DNA of 64,000 nucleotides from the human T2T-CHM13v2.0 reference genome, Homo sapiens, in NCBI RefSeq assembly GCF_009914755.1, contig NC_060927.1. One strand, 5' to 3'. Below are positions 1 through 13,100 of the stretch, in pieces; within the stretch, counting starts at the first letter, position 1, and every line of letters begins with the position of its first letter. The notes below the pieces were generated by a model. That model did not search any database and was not told where the DNA came from. It was given only the letters and a program-made list of their open reading frames with translations. The position numbers and the translations under genes were made by a program.

Positions 1-2850
1 ATTTTTCCTTTCTGTTCAATTCCTATAAAGGCACATATATTTTTGTTTCATTCTTACTCCTAAGAAGTAACCCTTTGGGTTCCAACAGAAAATCTAGAGT
101 GATTACTACAATCTCTCATCTTTGGTGAACTATAACTTTTGTCTCCTGTGACCCCATGAAACTGTTAAAAACTCTGCTCAGCTTCTCAGCTACTTATCTC
201 TACTTATGTTTTCAACTTTTCAGCTACCATTTTCAAGTTGGCAGATGTCACAAGAGAAAAAGCAGTGCCAGAAGTCCAGTACCTCCTTGGACTTCCCTTC
301 ATTTTGGGATATTTGCTCCACAAATATTCACTGTTTTACTGCCTTCATAATTATATGATGACTTCATACTGATTAGACAGGTGACAGATGAATAGATGAT
401 AGAAAGATAGAAAAAGAGATAAGTATTCTAGCATTTCTCAATAAAAGAAATTGTTCAAAACCAGCTAATCCAATTTTGTCTACCTTTCCAATAGTGAAAA
501 CTCCTCTCAATATCAAACTGCTTCTTAATCACATTTCCAAGCAATTCTGTTCTAACCTCACTTTCAGCCTCATTTCCAGAAATACTTGTTCTTTCCATTC
601 TTGAGTTTTCTGTGTCTCTGTGGGATAAATGGGGTTTCTTCTCTGTTTCCTCCAATTATGGCTAACTTCTAATTCAAAATTTTTGGCTTTGCTAATTTAT
701 TACTACTTCTTCATCTGCTTTTTAGCTTGTAACCTTATATTGCTGCTTTCTATTTTCTTTTTCTCTTTTACTTGTGGGTCAAATTTAGTAGTTTTTGAGT
801 CAGTGTAATGCCTCAGTTTACCAAATTCTTAACTAATTTTACCTATTTTATTTAAAAATGTTCATTTTAAGGCTATAAATCTTCCTCTAAGAATTGCTTT
901 AGCTGCATTCCATAAGATTCAAGATACATTATTTTAGTTTTAAATTTTCATTATTATAATGATTAGTTATAACATTTCAAAAATTATTAAAATTTATTCA
1001 TTTTTCTATTAATTATTTTTAAGTTTCTTATATAAATTTCAAAATATTTCAGGTTTGATTATATTTTCCATATTGATCTCTTATTTTTATTACATTTTGG
1101 TCAGAACATTTTTTAATATAGTATCAATTACAGTATTTGAAATATATTGAGATTAACTTTGCAGCATTTGTATAGTAAATTTTCATGACTGTTCCATGTG
1201 TACATGAAAGGATTATATATTTTTGAATTGTTGGATATAAAACTCTATCAATTAAATCAAGCTTTTACTTGGATTATTAAATTCTCAACATCTTTTACTA
1301 CTTTTTTGGTCTAGTTGATCTGTTAATTACTGAGAGAGGTATAAAGGTAGCAATTTTTAATCTCTCCTTTTAATTCTGTTAATTTGCTTTATACCTTTAG
1401 GGCCAAATTTGTTGAAGGTGTAGGATTGTTTTATCTTCCCAGTGAATTGTTCCTTTTATTATGGTCTATTGATCTTTATTTTTCTCTTTTTGCCTTAAAG
1501 TCTACTTTGCTTACATTTAATAAAATTATATTAGCTTTCATGTGGCTAGCATTTGACTTGAAATATCTATTTCCATCCTGATAGTGTCAACATTTCTATC
1601 AGTATCTTTTAGGGTGTCTTTTGAAACTGTAAATGTGTGGACTTAAAAAAATATTATCCAATCTGAGACTATCATTTTTAACTGGTGTATCTGATTTGTA
1701 TAAGTGTATTGTTATTACTTGAAATACCTGAATTTTTTACAACCTATTTTGTCCTTCATATTTACTTGATATCCTGTTTCTTTTTTCTACTTTCCTATAT
1801 TGAGCTATTTAAATTCTTTTTTTCTACTGTTTTGAAAGTTTTGCCTTCTATCCCCATACTTGTAATGTGTATGTGAATTAACACAGACAAAAACTAAGCA
1901 ATACCTCTAGTTTTAAGCAGTACAAATCTGGTTTAAATAATGCACTAATTTCAATTTTCCCCACCTTAATTATTACGGTGAAGCATTTTAGTCCCATCTC
2001 TCTTTTTTTTTTTTTTTTTTTTTTTTTTGGTAAAATCCCTGCTAGTCTGTATAATTATTATTGTTTTACTTAGTCAATGTTTGCTTAGATTTGCCCAGAT
2101 ATTTACCATTTTCTCCAAACACCACTGCTTGTTTCATTGCACACATTTATTCTGGGTTTCAGTTTCTTCTTTCTGAAATATATCCTTTATTAATTCTTTC
2201 AGAGGGAGTCTGGGAGTAATAGATTCTCTTCATCTTTGTTTTTCTAAAATTTTTCTTCAATTTTCTCTATTGAGTAATAATTTATCTGGTTATAATATTA
2301 TTACTTTGAAATTATTATTTTTCTGTCTTCAAGCTCTCATTGTTGTGGAATGTTTGTGATGGTCTGATAGTTATACATCTTTGGATATTTTGTCTTTTCT
2401 TTTTGGTTGCTTTTAAAGTTTTATCTTTGTATATGGTGTTCCACAATTTCACTACCATATATTCAGGTAGAAAGTTTTGTATTTATCCTGATTGGGAATC
2501 ATAATGTTTCTTCAATTTGGGGATTTATGTCTTTTATAAATTCTGGGAAATTTTCTGCCTTTATCTTCCCATTATTTGAAAATATTGTCTTTTTCTATTT
2601 TCATTGTGATACCATTCTTAGAATCTGCTTATTGCACCCATCCTACAAATATCCTGATATCTTTCTTTTTTTAGTTCTTTTTATCTGTTAGTACTGAATT
2701 CTGGATAATTCCTCAGATCCACCTTTTATTTCCATTTTTTTCTTTATCTATGCCTAATTCATGTTCATGTTCAATATTCTGTGGAATTTCTAAACATTTG
2801 GCAATTATAAATAAAGCTGCTATAAACATCAGTGTGCATGTTTCCACTTT
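1..2850 (-). mobile_element. Highly decayed old L1 (L1M/L1ME-type) fragments
   Basis: T-rich antisense L1 text, e.g. AAGGCTATAAATCTTCCTCTAAGAATTGCTTTAGCTGCATTCCATAAGATT (~868) and ORF1-like TTCTGGGAAATTTTCTGCC (~2541); boundaries approximate, probably several pieces. Confidence 0.65.
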
Positions 2851-3309
2851 TTAATAAAAGCAAAATAAACCAGAAAAAAATGGGCTGTTCAAGGAAACAC
2901 ACACATATGTATATAAACAATAAATGTGACCTTGTATACCTATGATGATAATAGTTGACATTTATTTGGTACTTACTTTTTTCAGTCACAATGCTAAGGC
3001 TTTTACATATGTTACCTTATTTAATTCTCACACAATCCTATTTAAAACATGATCAAAATTTAAACCAACTACTGCTTGGATATGTAATGAAAATGTAGCA
3101 TCCGTAGATCTCTAACTAATCTAAGTTTTATGACCTTTCACCCAGCTGAAGAGGGGTCCAAATGGGTGGGTGGAGAGAGATTGAACGTGGTAGTTTTCAG
3201 TATGTTGGTTTCTTACCTAGTAAAGGACTTTGCACTTTGGAGGGACTCAATAAGTATCAGTGATTGAATGAATGTTGACAAGATACAATATTAAATAGTC
3301 CAAGCTACA

Positions 3310-3480
3310 ATGTGTTGAGTGTAGTACATACAACTAGTGCTGGGTGCTTTATATAAACATCTTCTCCCTTAATCCTTATAACAGAGAGCTTGCAAGATAA
3401 ACATTTTAAAGAAGAAACAGGCTAAGTGACATGTCCAACTTCTCACAATTGGTAAGTGAGAGAACTATATTTAAATCATA
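3310..3480 (-). mobile_element. MIR SINE fragment
   Basis: TTAATCCTTATAAC...GAAGAAACAGGCTAAGTGACATGTCCAA resembles the reverse MIR core. Confidence 0.6.
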
Positions 3481-3934
3481 GTCAAGAACACTGTCAGTGC
3501 ACTACCTCCCAATAACCTCAAGTGGGCTGTAAAATTATAAGGTGGGTGCCCTGCTCTGGAGATGCATTTGAGATCATCTAGAGTTCCTGCATTTTTCAGA
3601 TTAGAATATGTTACTGATGTCAAGTTCCCAGGCCTTCTGAGATTGCTCTGGGGACCAATAAGGGTGCCCTTGGTGAGTCATAGTAGAGTGTTCACACACC
3701 TCTCAGGTATTCAAATGGTTTGGCAGAATTTCCATTTCTCTTGTTAAACCTCTGACTTACTCTGCCTACCATAACCTAACCTAATTGAATTAGCTTTTGA
3801 TAAAATGTCATACATTTTTAATCTAGTTATTTTATTCTGTGTATAGCTCTCAGAAAAGGGAAAATTAAGACACAAAGACTGTGAAGTGTAAGCATATTAG
3901 TTTGTTTATAAGTTTGTATTAACAAGTATTTAAA

Positions 3935-4190
3935 GCCCAGTTCAAATCATTTCACCTCTAATAAACCCTTTCAGATTCCCTTATCTTTTCCTTCAAACTT
4001 CTATAGCACATTGCTTGTAGTTCAGTACTTATCATAGACTACTTTTTATTAAAATTATTTATGTGCCCCCTCCTACCTAAATTGTGAGTTCCTTATGTAT
4101 CAAGACCACCTCTTACTCTTCTTTGGTACCTCATGGAATCTAGCACCATTCTTTGTATATGGAATTTATTTAACAAGTATTTGTTGAAGT
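3935..4190 (+). mobile_element. L2 3' end fragment
   Basis: ATTGTGAGTTCCTT...TCTAGCACC...AAGTATTTGTTGAA, typical L2 3' terminus. Confidence 0.6.
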
Positions 4191-5169
4191 GATCCAAATA
4201 TGTTTATATTCAAAGTTTAACATGAACTCCTATTCCAGTTTAGATTACCATATCACAGCCTGATTTTTATAGTTTGGTTTTTGAAATATTAGCCTGAGAA
4301 CATTTCATTCTTTCAGTTTCTATTGTTATTTGTTTATTCGTTTGTTTGTTTAACAATATTCACAGGATTAAAACAAATCCCAGAGCTTGGCATCTTTCCA
4401 AATACACCAATAGCTGCTTTGCCCTTTTTAGTTGCATTGAACTCAGTCAACCTAATCTTCCACAAAGCCCAATGGTGAGAAGTGAGCCGATTGGTGAAGT
4501 TGTAGAGATTATTGGTTTATAATTGCTCCATATCTCCCATGATGAGCTTTCTCTTTCTCACTATGACTTCTGAAAATTCCTTGCCTTATCACCTCTGGGC
4601 AGAGTGGGTGCCATGTAGTAGGCACTCAATTAACGTTTAATGATTTGAGTTGAATTACTCTTAGTTCCTGGACCCATTTACCAGATCCAAACAGGTGCAT
4701 CCTAGAAAGCTCTATGATAAAGAGTTAATCTCTCAGCGAAAAACCAGAGAGGGCCCCTACTTTGTGACCAACCCAGTGCCAAATGTAGTCTGAAAAGTCT
4801 TCTTTAAAACCACAAATTAAACATCTCACCATGGTTCTGTTCTGCAACATTGTAAAATTCCTTCTACATCCAAATGATGTTCAAACATTTTAAAATCAAA
4901 AAATTAACTTGGCAACTAAAACGATTCTTGGTATGTTTCTAAATAATTACTGAAACTTATTTTTTCTTCAACTCAACCAATATATTTGGGAATGATGATG
5001 GCCAAGCGGTATGGATAAATTTGGCTGTGACTTATTAAACTGTCCTTGCAAGCAGTCTAGATATCCCCATTGAAAAATGAAGCAGCAATGTGCACATGAC
5101 AAATGCAGTCCTTTCTGATTCAATTTTTTTCACCAACCTTCTCTGTGATGCTCCTACCTAGCTGCTGAC

Positions 5170-5770
5170 TTCACATACTTGAAGGGTTGTCATGGGAAAT
5201 ATTAGACTTGTCTGTCTAGACTCAGGGCTAAAACTAGAAACAAATGCGTAGAAGTTACAGAGACACAGTTTTCAGTTTAATATTTTACAAAAGTTTTAAT
5301 TATGTGCATAGATGTTTTTCTCATAGTCTAACAGCATAATTTTGTAGGAATATGGAAAATACGGAAAGTCACTCATAATTCCTTCAACCAGAAATAATTA
5401 CTATTTTGATGACTATCATATATGTACTTTTCTTTAACAAAAGAATTCTCTCTCATTAGAACAATCCTTAAATGGATTGGGCCATATGGGAAGGCAGAGG
5501 CACCCCATCTTTGGAGGTCTGCAAACAGCAGCTAACCTCTCTGCCAAGACTTTAGGTGGAAAGTTGGACACATGAACCCTTGTAAACCTATGAGCTTTGG
5601 AGCCTGGGGGGCCCATACAGTGATTGTGAGGGGTCTTCAAATCCATATATATTTTTATCTGCTCCTTCAATGAATGGCACAAATGTTACTAACAGTAAAA
5701 GTGGTCCTTATGTTGGAAGTTTTAGGAAGCAATTGACTAGAAAATCTTTAAGGCACCTTCCTCCTTACAA
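5170..5770 (+). mobile_element. L3/CR1 3' fragments, interrupted by an AT-rich L1M-like piece (~5290-5430)
   Basis: TACTTGAAGGGTTGTCATG...GAAGTTACAGAGACACAGTTTTCAG and TTGACTAGAAAATCTTTAAGGCACCTTC resemble the L3 3' end. Confidence 0.5.
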
Positions 5771-5979
5771 GCTTAGGAGAAAGCCGGTTTCTCTTCCACG
5801 CACTGTGCTCATCAGCATTAGAGGTCTTTGCACATTGAGCCCTTAAATGAACTAGCACTTCCCAGGCTTTAAACCACACAGCCCTTCGACTAGACACTAC
5901 TTTATTTTGATTTCATGGATGAAGAACTGAGATTTGGGGAAGTGAGGTAACTTACTTAGCCATTCCATGAAGGAAAAAT

Positions 5980-6760
5980 ATTGTTTTTCCGACGACTGTG
6001 CAGACTCCACCTCTGGCTCTGAAAGAAAGTCTGCAACGCAGGAGTAGCGCTGGGGTAGTGCACGTGAACACCCAAATTAATTCGTCCACATCGCCCAAAA
6101 GTCCCAAAGGGAGAGCCAACCCCGTGCCCCTGCCACCCCAGCTCATTCAGTCCTGCGGTACTCTGGGAACCTGGGCTTTCCTGGCGCCAGGCAGGAGCCA
6201 CATTGCCCGTCCCAGGTGCCTCACGCCGGGACCCTCTAGCCCTGCGTGCCAGGCAGTTCTCAGCTCTGAGTAGGCGGCATTTTCCGGCTCACATCCCGGC
6301 AGAGAGCACACAGACCTGGGAATGGTTATCGGCCGAGAGCTGCAGGCGAACAGCTAATCCAGTCCTGGAAGGGGGCACTGGTAGTTAAGCCCTTTAATGG
6401 CCACAGTCCTATTACAATTAGTCCTGGCCTGGAGCTAGCGAACAGCGAGCCCCTCTAACCTGAAACGGAGCCTCATCCACTGCTTGGCGCTAATCCTCTG
6501 CACAATGAAAGCCGAACTAATTCACTGGGTAAACACCCTCTCCAGTTACTTACAAGCTGTCTTACTTCAGCCCTAAACCAAATAGAAAGGCGGTCAGTGA
6601 CTGGGAAAAAAATCAAATATTTACGAACTCATTTTGCCTGAAACCGCCCCTGGGATGCTTGCTTATCGCTCACGGGATCGCTTTATGCTGCTGCTTTTGT
6701 GACAGGCAGCTACTGTGCAAAGGAGGCAACAGCCACCTGAGAGGGATTTCCCTGGCTTGG
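5980..6760. promoter_or_regulatory. CpG-enriched non-repetitive block, candidate enhancer or weak CpG island
   Basis: About 31 CpGs counted by eye in 5990-6680 against CpG-poor flanks. Motifs: CACGTG 6061, TAATCC 6355 and 6491, TAAGCC 6386, ACAATG 6502, GTAAACA 6529, CAAATATTTAC 6614, GGGATTTCCC 6743. Confidence 0.55.
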
Positions 6761-6901
6761 TCTTTCTCTGGTCTCTTGGTAGCTGAACCAAATCACAGCC
6801 TCTGAATATAGGACTAGGCACATAATAGGTGCTTAAAAAATGATCAACAAAGATCAGCTTCTGCCTTTAACTCAGAAAGTGGTTCCTAAAGTATTCTAGG
6901 C

Positions 6902-7040
6902 CAGTGGTCCCCAAACTCTAGCGTGCACCAGAATCACCCAGAAGCTTGTAAGAACTCAAATTGCTGGGCCCCAACCTCACAGTTTCTTATTCAATAGGTG
7001 GGGAAAGACAATTTTCATTCTAACAAGTTCCCCACGAAAC
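6902..7040. mobile_element. MER5A-like hAT-Charlie element
   Basis: CAGTGGTCCCCAAACT...CAGAATCACC...TTGCTGGGCCCCA...TTCTAACAAGTTCCC. Confidence 0.7.
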
Positions 7041-7055
7041 CGTTGATCTAGAACA

Positions 7056-7369
7056 CGGATCCATAAACCTTTATTTTTTGTAAAAAGCCCAATAGTAAAT
7101 GTTTTAGGGTTTGTAGACCACACAGTGTCTGTCCCAGGTACTCAGCTGCACCATTGTAGTGCAAAAACACCCATAGACAATACTTAAATGAGTGAACATG
7201 TAAGAACATGTAATTTTCATGTTGCGAACGATTCGAATTTAGATTCCCGCCCCCACCCCCCATCCCCAACAAACACTTAAAAACGTAAGTTCCTTCTTAG
7301 CTTGCAGGCCATACAAAGCAGGTGATGGGCCGGACGTGGCTCTTAGACAATTGCTTGCTGACACTGTGG
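7056..7369 (+). mobile_element. MER58B-like hAT-Charlie element
   Basis: ATAGTAAATGTTTTAGG...CCATAGACAATA...TTCTTAGCTTGCAGGCCATACAAA...GGGCCGGA. Confidence 0.75.
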
Positions 7370-8461
7370 TCTCTAGAATGATTTTGGTTAGATAAATAAC
7401 TGATGATGGCAGAAACAATGGCTCAGGGACTGAAAACAGAAAAGACAGAAATAATTTCTTTAAGAAAAATTATTCTATGCCTATAAACCCAATTTCTCAT
7501 GCTTATAAACCTGACTTACAAATATTCAAGATAATTCTATTGTATATCAGGTGCTGTTCTAGACATTGGGGTTAGAATGGAAGAAAAACCAGATCTGCCT
7601 CCATCCACATGAATTCTATGTTGCTGGACAATGGATACTGGCTTTGCACGGAGCTCAGAGACTATGATATACAAATTTACAGGTCAGGTGCCCAAAAGCC
7701 CAATAGTAAATATTTTAGGCTTTGTAGACCACACAAATTCTGTGCTCCTGAGAGTACGGAATTGCCTGAATTAATCAGCTAACTACAGTTAGGAAATGCA
7801 CACCATGAGCACGGCCCTATTGTAAGCATGGTGAAGACAGATTGAGAAAAACAGAGATTTGACCCTGGGCGTGAATGTTAGTAGTTACATTTTTCTCAAT
7901 GCCAAGCATCTTGTCTTTAAGAAACAGAAACAATTATGTCCAAAACTTTCAGTAGAGGGTGACATTAATATGAGAAGATTCCTTATTCAAAAAGCCAAGA
8001 TGAAAGCAAAATCTCATGTTCTAGAGTAAGACATAGAAATTGTTCTTCTTTGAAAAGGAAGATTCAAAATATCTATATTCCTGTGCTCGGAGTAAGCAGG
8101 ACTTCTTAAAACAAATGTTGCCATGTTTATTCTGTTTTAATCTGGAAAATCAGAAAAGCAGCATTAGAACATTAGTGAGATTTTTATCTTTCACAAATTT
8201 AACTAAAGGAAAGAAGTATTTAGGTAACCACCATCAACATACAAGGGTCATCTTTTAAAAGCAAGTCATTTGTTCAAAAGTGTCAATTCTTTCCAAAGAA
8301 ATTTTCTACAGCAGTTTTCACAGATCTTCAGGATTAAATTGCAATTGTTAAGCTTCTTTTGGACCTGCCCTTGATCTGATTTTGGGTTTCCTGGAGTGTA
8401 AGGATAAGGTGCATCATCCCTTGGACACAGATGTGGACTCCAGTGAATGGTTATGCATTAG

Positions 8462-8595
8462 TATATTTTCAATCAATATTCACTGAGCTCCACTGGGTGC
8501 CACACATTCATCTGCATCCTAGATATGAATTGCCTGGGGGCAAATGAGACAGACCCCTGCCCTCTAGTGGTTTACAGTTTAATGCTAGAGACAAG
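8462..8595 (-). mobile_element. L2 3' fragment
   Basis: TCAATCAATATTCACTGAGCTCCACTGGGTGCCA...CCCTGCCCTCTAGTGGTTTACAGT. Confidence 0.55.
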
Positions 8596-8671
8596 CAGGC
8601 AGGCGGGCAAACATGAGTAGGTGGCATTGGCATTGTGTCAACCTGGAATGATAGTTATCACAGAATACAGA

Positions 8672-8915
8672 GAATCATGGAATGGGTGTAGGTTTTTAAG
8701 TCAGGCAGAACTTAGTTTGAATTCTGGCCATGATAATTTCTAATTTTGTGACATCGTGCAAATTATTTTACCACTCTGAGCCTCATTCCCCTCATGTTAA
8801 ATGGAAAGAACACTCTTCAAAGTCAAAGGGGTGGTTATCAGAATTAAAGGATAAACTGTAACTAGCATGTCTAGCACACATCCTGGAACTTGCCAGAAGC
8901 CCAATAAATATTAGT
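8672..8915 (+). mobile_element. MIR SINE
   Basis: TTTGAATTCTGGCC...TGTGAC...CTCTGAGCCTCA...CAATAAATATTAG. Confidence 0.75.
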
Positions 8916-9690
8916 TCTGTCTCTTTCAAATATGTGTCAATGTTATTTGTGAAAATTGCTTATTTTACCTGAGCTCTGTGACTGCCCTCAAGTGTTCAGA
9001 AATACAAAATTATTGTGGACTATGGTGTGGGACTTGGGGTATAGGGCTCCCAAGAACGGCATTATGCTCAAATCTCTGTTTGACTTTTCAGAGATGTGGG
9101 TTAGCATGTGAACCTACAGGAGTCCAGAGGGATGGAAAGTGTGCAGCTCCAAGCCAGGGAGGGGCTAAATCAAGATGGGGCAGGTCAAAATCCACCTTGT
9201 CAAAACAGGGTTGATTCTGGAGTTGAGGAGTCAGGAGGCATGCAGTGGTCTTCACCAACCAGTTCTCTGCCCCCAGTTGGGCATCTCATGAGTATGTAGT
9301 GGCCCTGGGTCCAAGGAAAAGGGGTACAAAAGTGAAAGAAGGGAAGAATAGCACCAAGGGCAAGTTAAAGGCTGCAAGACACTAGGGGCTCAGGTGCCAG
9401 AGACCAGACAGGGACTACAGGTGCCATCGTGGCATGTCCCAGGGCCATGAAAAGTAGGAACCAGGCAGAGAAGAGCAGACAGTCTTGATAGTCAGCAACT
9501 GCTTCCAGCCAGCCTTCAATAGGCCACCAGTGACTCCCTTGCCACTGAACCATCAGCCTTTCTCCACTTACCTGACAGTAGGACATTTACTGCTCACCTG
9601 CAGCCATTCTGGCACTCCAAACTTTAATTTCTAATTTCTAGTTTACCTGATCTGCCTTTGTTTTGAGATTTTCTTCATTTCACAATTTGA

Positions 9691-10019
<329 letters not shown>

Positions 10020-11172
10020 CACAGTTTGACTTTTCTTAACTTTATATTCTGATTTTGGCTGCCTATTTTGACACTCTACTCTGCTTAAACTCTCACCTAA
10101 GTCCTTGAGGTTGGGGACTGGAGCCCTGGAGGCCCATACTGGGCTGGGCTAAGATTATCTGGCCCTAGCTGTGGTAATGGAGGCAATGGCAATCTGAGAG
10201 ACTGTGTCTGGGGTGAAATTAAAACCAAGCACATAATCCACACTGGTCATCAATGGGAAGGAGCCAAGCTATCACAAAAGAAGAGAGGGCAGGCAGAGGA
10301 TATTTTTATAGCATGGTAGAAAAAAGCTGTTATAGGCACTGTGTTGTTTTGGATACACCCATGACCCCATGTTCTCTGACTAAACCATGCCAGCATGAAC
10401 TTAAACAGGACAGAATCACCATTCTGTTTCAGGCTTCTTGAATACGCTGTGGGATATCACATCTTGGGACTGCTCTGAGGTTGCAATACTTTTCCTATAG
10501 CTAAAACTGGGTCCCAGACTCAGCTAATGCTATAAATGAAACCAGCCTGCTCTCAGGATTTCCACCCTCTTAACCTCCAAGAGCATGCATTCTGAGGGAT
10601 CTCATTATTGGGAGGCAACTGCAGAGACTCTTCTTGTTCACTGGGATCATGGGGCTCTCTTCTCAGCCCATTGTTTGAAGCCTTGCCTCTTTGAACATTT
10701 GAACCCATTGAACATTTGTCAAAGAAGTGGCATATCAGGATACAAGGAGCTCTCTTTTTGTTCATGCGTGTCTACCTTCGTGTCACAACTCTTGAGTTGT
10801 TTGGGGGTCACATTCATCAGAAAGCCAATTGAGGGAGGTGGTAGAGGTCTTCCCAATTGCTGGTTTTCTGCATCTTCAACTATGAATTGGATTACACTAC
10901 TGAGTCAGAGGGGCAGGAATAATTGTGCGGTCTACATTGCTGAATCCTTATTGGGTGCCTTCAGTGTAGAAAGACAGCACTGGGTCACATTAGATAGATC
11001 TTAGAAGTAACCAGGGAAACCTGAAAATTTCAGGCTTTGATGGACGCAGGACTGTCATCTTTGCCTTTGGAATCTGCACACCTCGTGATCTGTTAACTAA
11101 AATGAGCTTACAAAGTTAAGGCTATGCTTTGAAGCCTTAGCTACGTGAGGTTTTTTGATTTTTGTGTGTCCC

Positions 11173-11591
11173 TGATATGGTTTGGATGTTTTGTCCTTTC
11201 CAAATCTCATGTTAAAATGAAACCCCCAATATTGGAGACAGGGCCTGGCAGGAGGTATTTGGATCATGGGAGCGGATCCCTCGTGAATGGCTTTGTGCCA
11301 CCCTCAAGGCGATGAGGGAGCTTTTGCTCAGTTAGTTTACACGAGATCTGGTTATTTAAAAAGCATGGTACTTTCCCTTCCCCTTTTGTGCCTGCCGTTA
11401 CCATGTAATACACTGGGTCCTGTCACCTTCTGCCATAATTGTAAGTTCCCTAGGGCCTTCACCAGAATCAGATGGCAGCACCAAGATTCCTGTATAGCCT
11501 GCAGAATCACGAGCCAAAATAAACCTCTTTTCTTTATAAATTACCCAGCCTCAGGTATTTCTTTATAGCAACACAATAGCAGATTCACATA
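11173..11591 (+). mobile_element. MaLR solo LTR (MSTB-like)
   Basis: TGATATGGTTTGGATG start, AATAAACCTCTTTTCTTTATAAATTACCCAGCCTCAGG near the end; 5-bp TSD GTCCC 11168-11172 / 11592-11596. Confidence 0.9.
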
Positions 11592-11739
11592 GTCCCTAAA
11601 TTTCACTGAAGCCCAGGGGAGGCAGGATCAGGGTTAAGGAGAGGGTGTGAGGGTGGCTGAGCGTACTCCTTCCCTACCTCCCCAATAGTTTGGTTGTTAA
11701 CTTCTGATTCTCAACTTTAGATGCATAACTCAGAAGCCC

Positions 11740-11880
11740 CCTAGAGGCTCAGTTCCCTCCTCTATGAGGAGGATGGAGCTAATGAGACTGACCTGTGTTT
11801 TAGGATTGTGCTGAGGATTGAGTGAACTAATGGATGGAAAGAACTCTTTCAAAGTACTGCACACGTACAAGATATTATAT
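11740..11880 (+). mobile_element. MIR fragment
   Basis: CTCAGTTCCCTCCTCTATGA...GGATTGTGCTGAGGATTGAGTGA. Confidence 0.55.
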
Positions 11881-12219
11881 TTAAGTGCCTAATGACTAAT
11901 TTTACATGAAAATAACAATGTTATTTCATACTTTCATGGAATTTTCCAGATTTTTGTTAGACAAGTTAATCTTCTATTCTGTTATCTACTCTGTCATCCG
12001 AAAGAGAGACTCTTAACCTCCTCAGGAAATTTAGTGAACAATAAAACAAGACATAAAGGCACAATCTGGATATCTATGGTCCAAAGACTTGTCTAAAGTA
12101 TGAACTTCTTATAGAAAGCTTAAATCAGGTGTAATCAAACAAAATCTCACTTGTGGTGGGGACTGTTTTTTTCATTATAAGGATGACGGACTTAGGGGAA
12201 AATAACTTCTATTATTGTT

Positions 12220-12508
12220 ATTATTTTTATAGATGGCATCTGGTTGGCTATTGCCCAGGCTGGAATGCAATGGTGTGATCACTGCTCATTGGAGCCTCCA
12301 ACTCCTGGGCTCAGGTAATCCTCCCACCTCAGCCTCCTGAGTAGCTGAGACTACAGGCACATAGCACCACCCCTGGTTACTTTTATTTTTTGTAGAGATG
12401 GGGTCTCACTATGTTGACCAGGCTGGTCTTGAACTGGCCTCAAGTGATCCTCTCGCTTTAGCCTCCCAAAGTGCTGGGATAAAAGGTATCAGTCACTGTG
12501 CCCAGCTC
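12220..12508 (-). mobile_element. AluJ
   Basis: CTCCTGGGCTCAGGTAATCCTCCCACCTCAGCC and GGGTCTCACTATGTTG (J-type); TSD ACTTCTATTATTGTT 12205 / ACTTCTGTTATTATT 12510. Confidence 0.9.
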
Positions 12509-12879
12509 CACTTCTGTTATTATTGAAGGAAATGTAAAGTTATATTATTACACACAATGCTGCTCCTCTGGGCATTTTTCACATACACATTTATATCTGC
12601 CTATTTATCAGTGTTTGAATCCTTTAAGTGGCTCTCATCTAGTATTTTTTTTAAGTAGGTATCGAACAATGTGCCCATCAGACCAGAATAGACCTCCTTC
12701 CTAGGAGGACAAAGCCAACAGCCCTTTTTCTGATAAGAATAGTTCAGAAAACTGAATGCTGGAGGATCTGTGGTCAGCCTTTGGCAGTGACCTGAAAACA
12801 TCCACTTACTCATCTCAGGAACCAAGACAAAGTACCATTACCCCATTGCCAAAGCTTCCAAAGGCCCACTCTCTTAGGA

Positions 12880-13100
12880 GGGTGGAAGAAACCAAGGACT
12901 TGGAGGCCAAAGCCTACACTTTAGTCCTGGCCATGCCACTTAATAGCTTGATCACTTTAGGGAGATCTGTTAACTCCTTTAGAAGTTCAGGTAACTCATC
13001 TGTAAGTTAGTAATAATTTAAAAACTGCCTCACTTTCTGCACAAGGGCTATTATAAAAACAATACCTGGGAAAGAACTTTTAAAATTGTAATATACAAAG
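12880..13100 (+). mobile_element. MIR (MIR3/MIRc-like)
   Basis: TAGTCCTGGCCATGCCACTTAATAGC...CTCATCTGTAA. Confidence 0.6.

Noticed and set aside
5952-6388. Overlapping ORFs in the CpG block as a coding first exon
   Set aside because: No recognisable protein, weak starts, and GC-richness suffices to explain them
10585-11004. 139-aa ORF in apparently unique DNA
   Set aside because: No recognisable domain or coding-like composition, and no splice support
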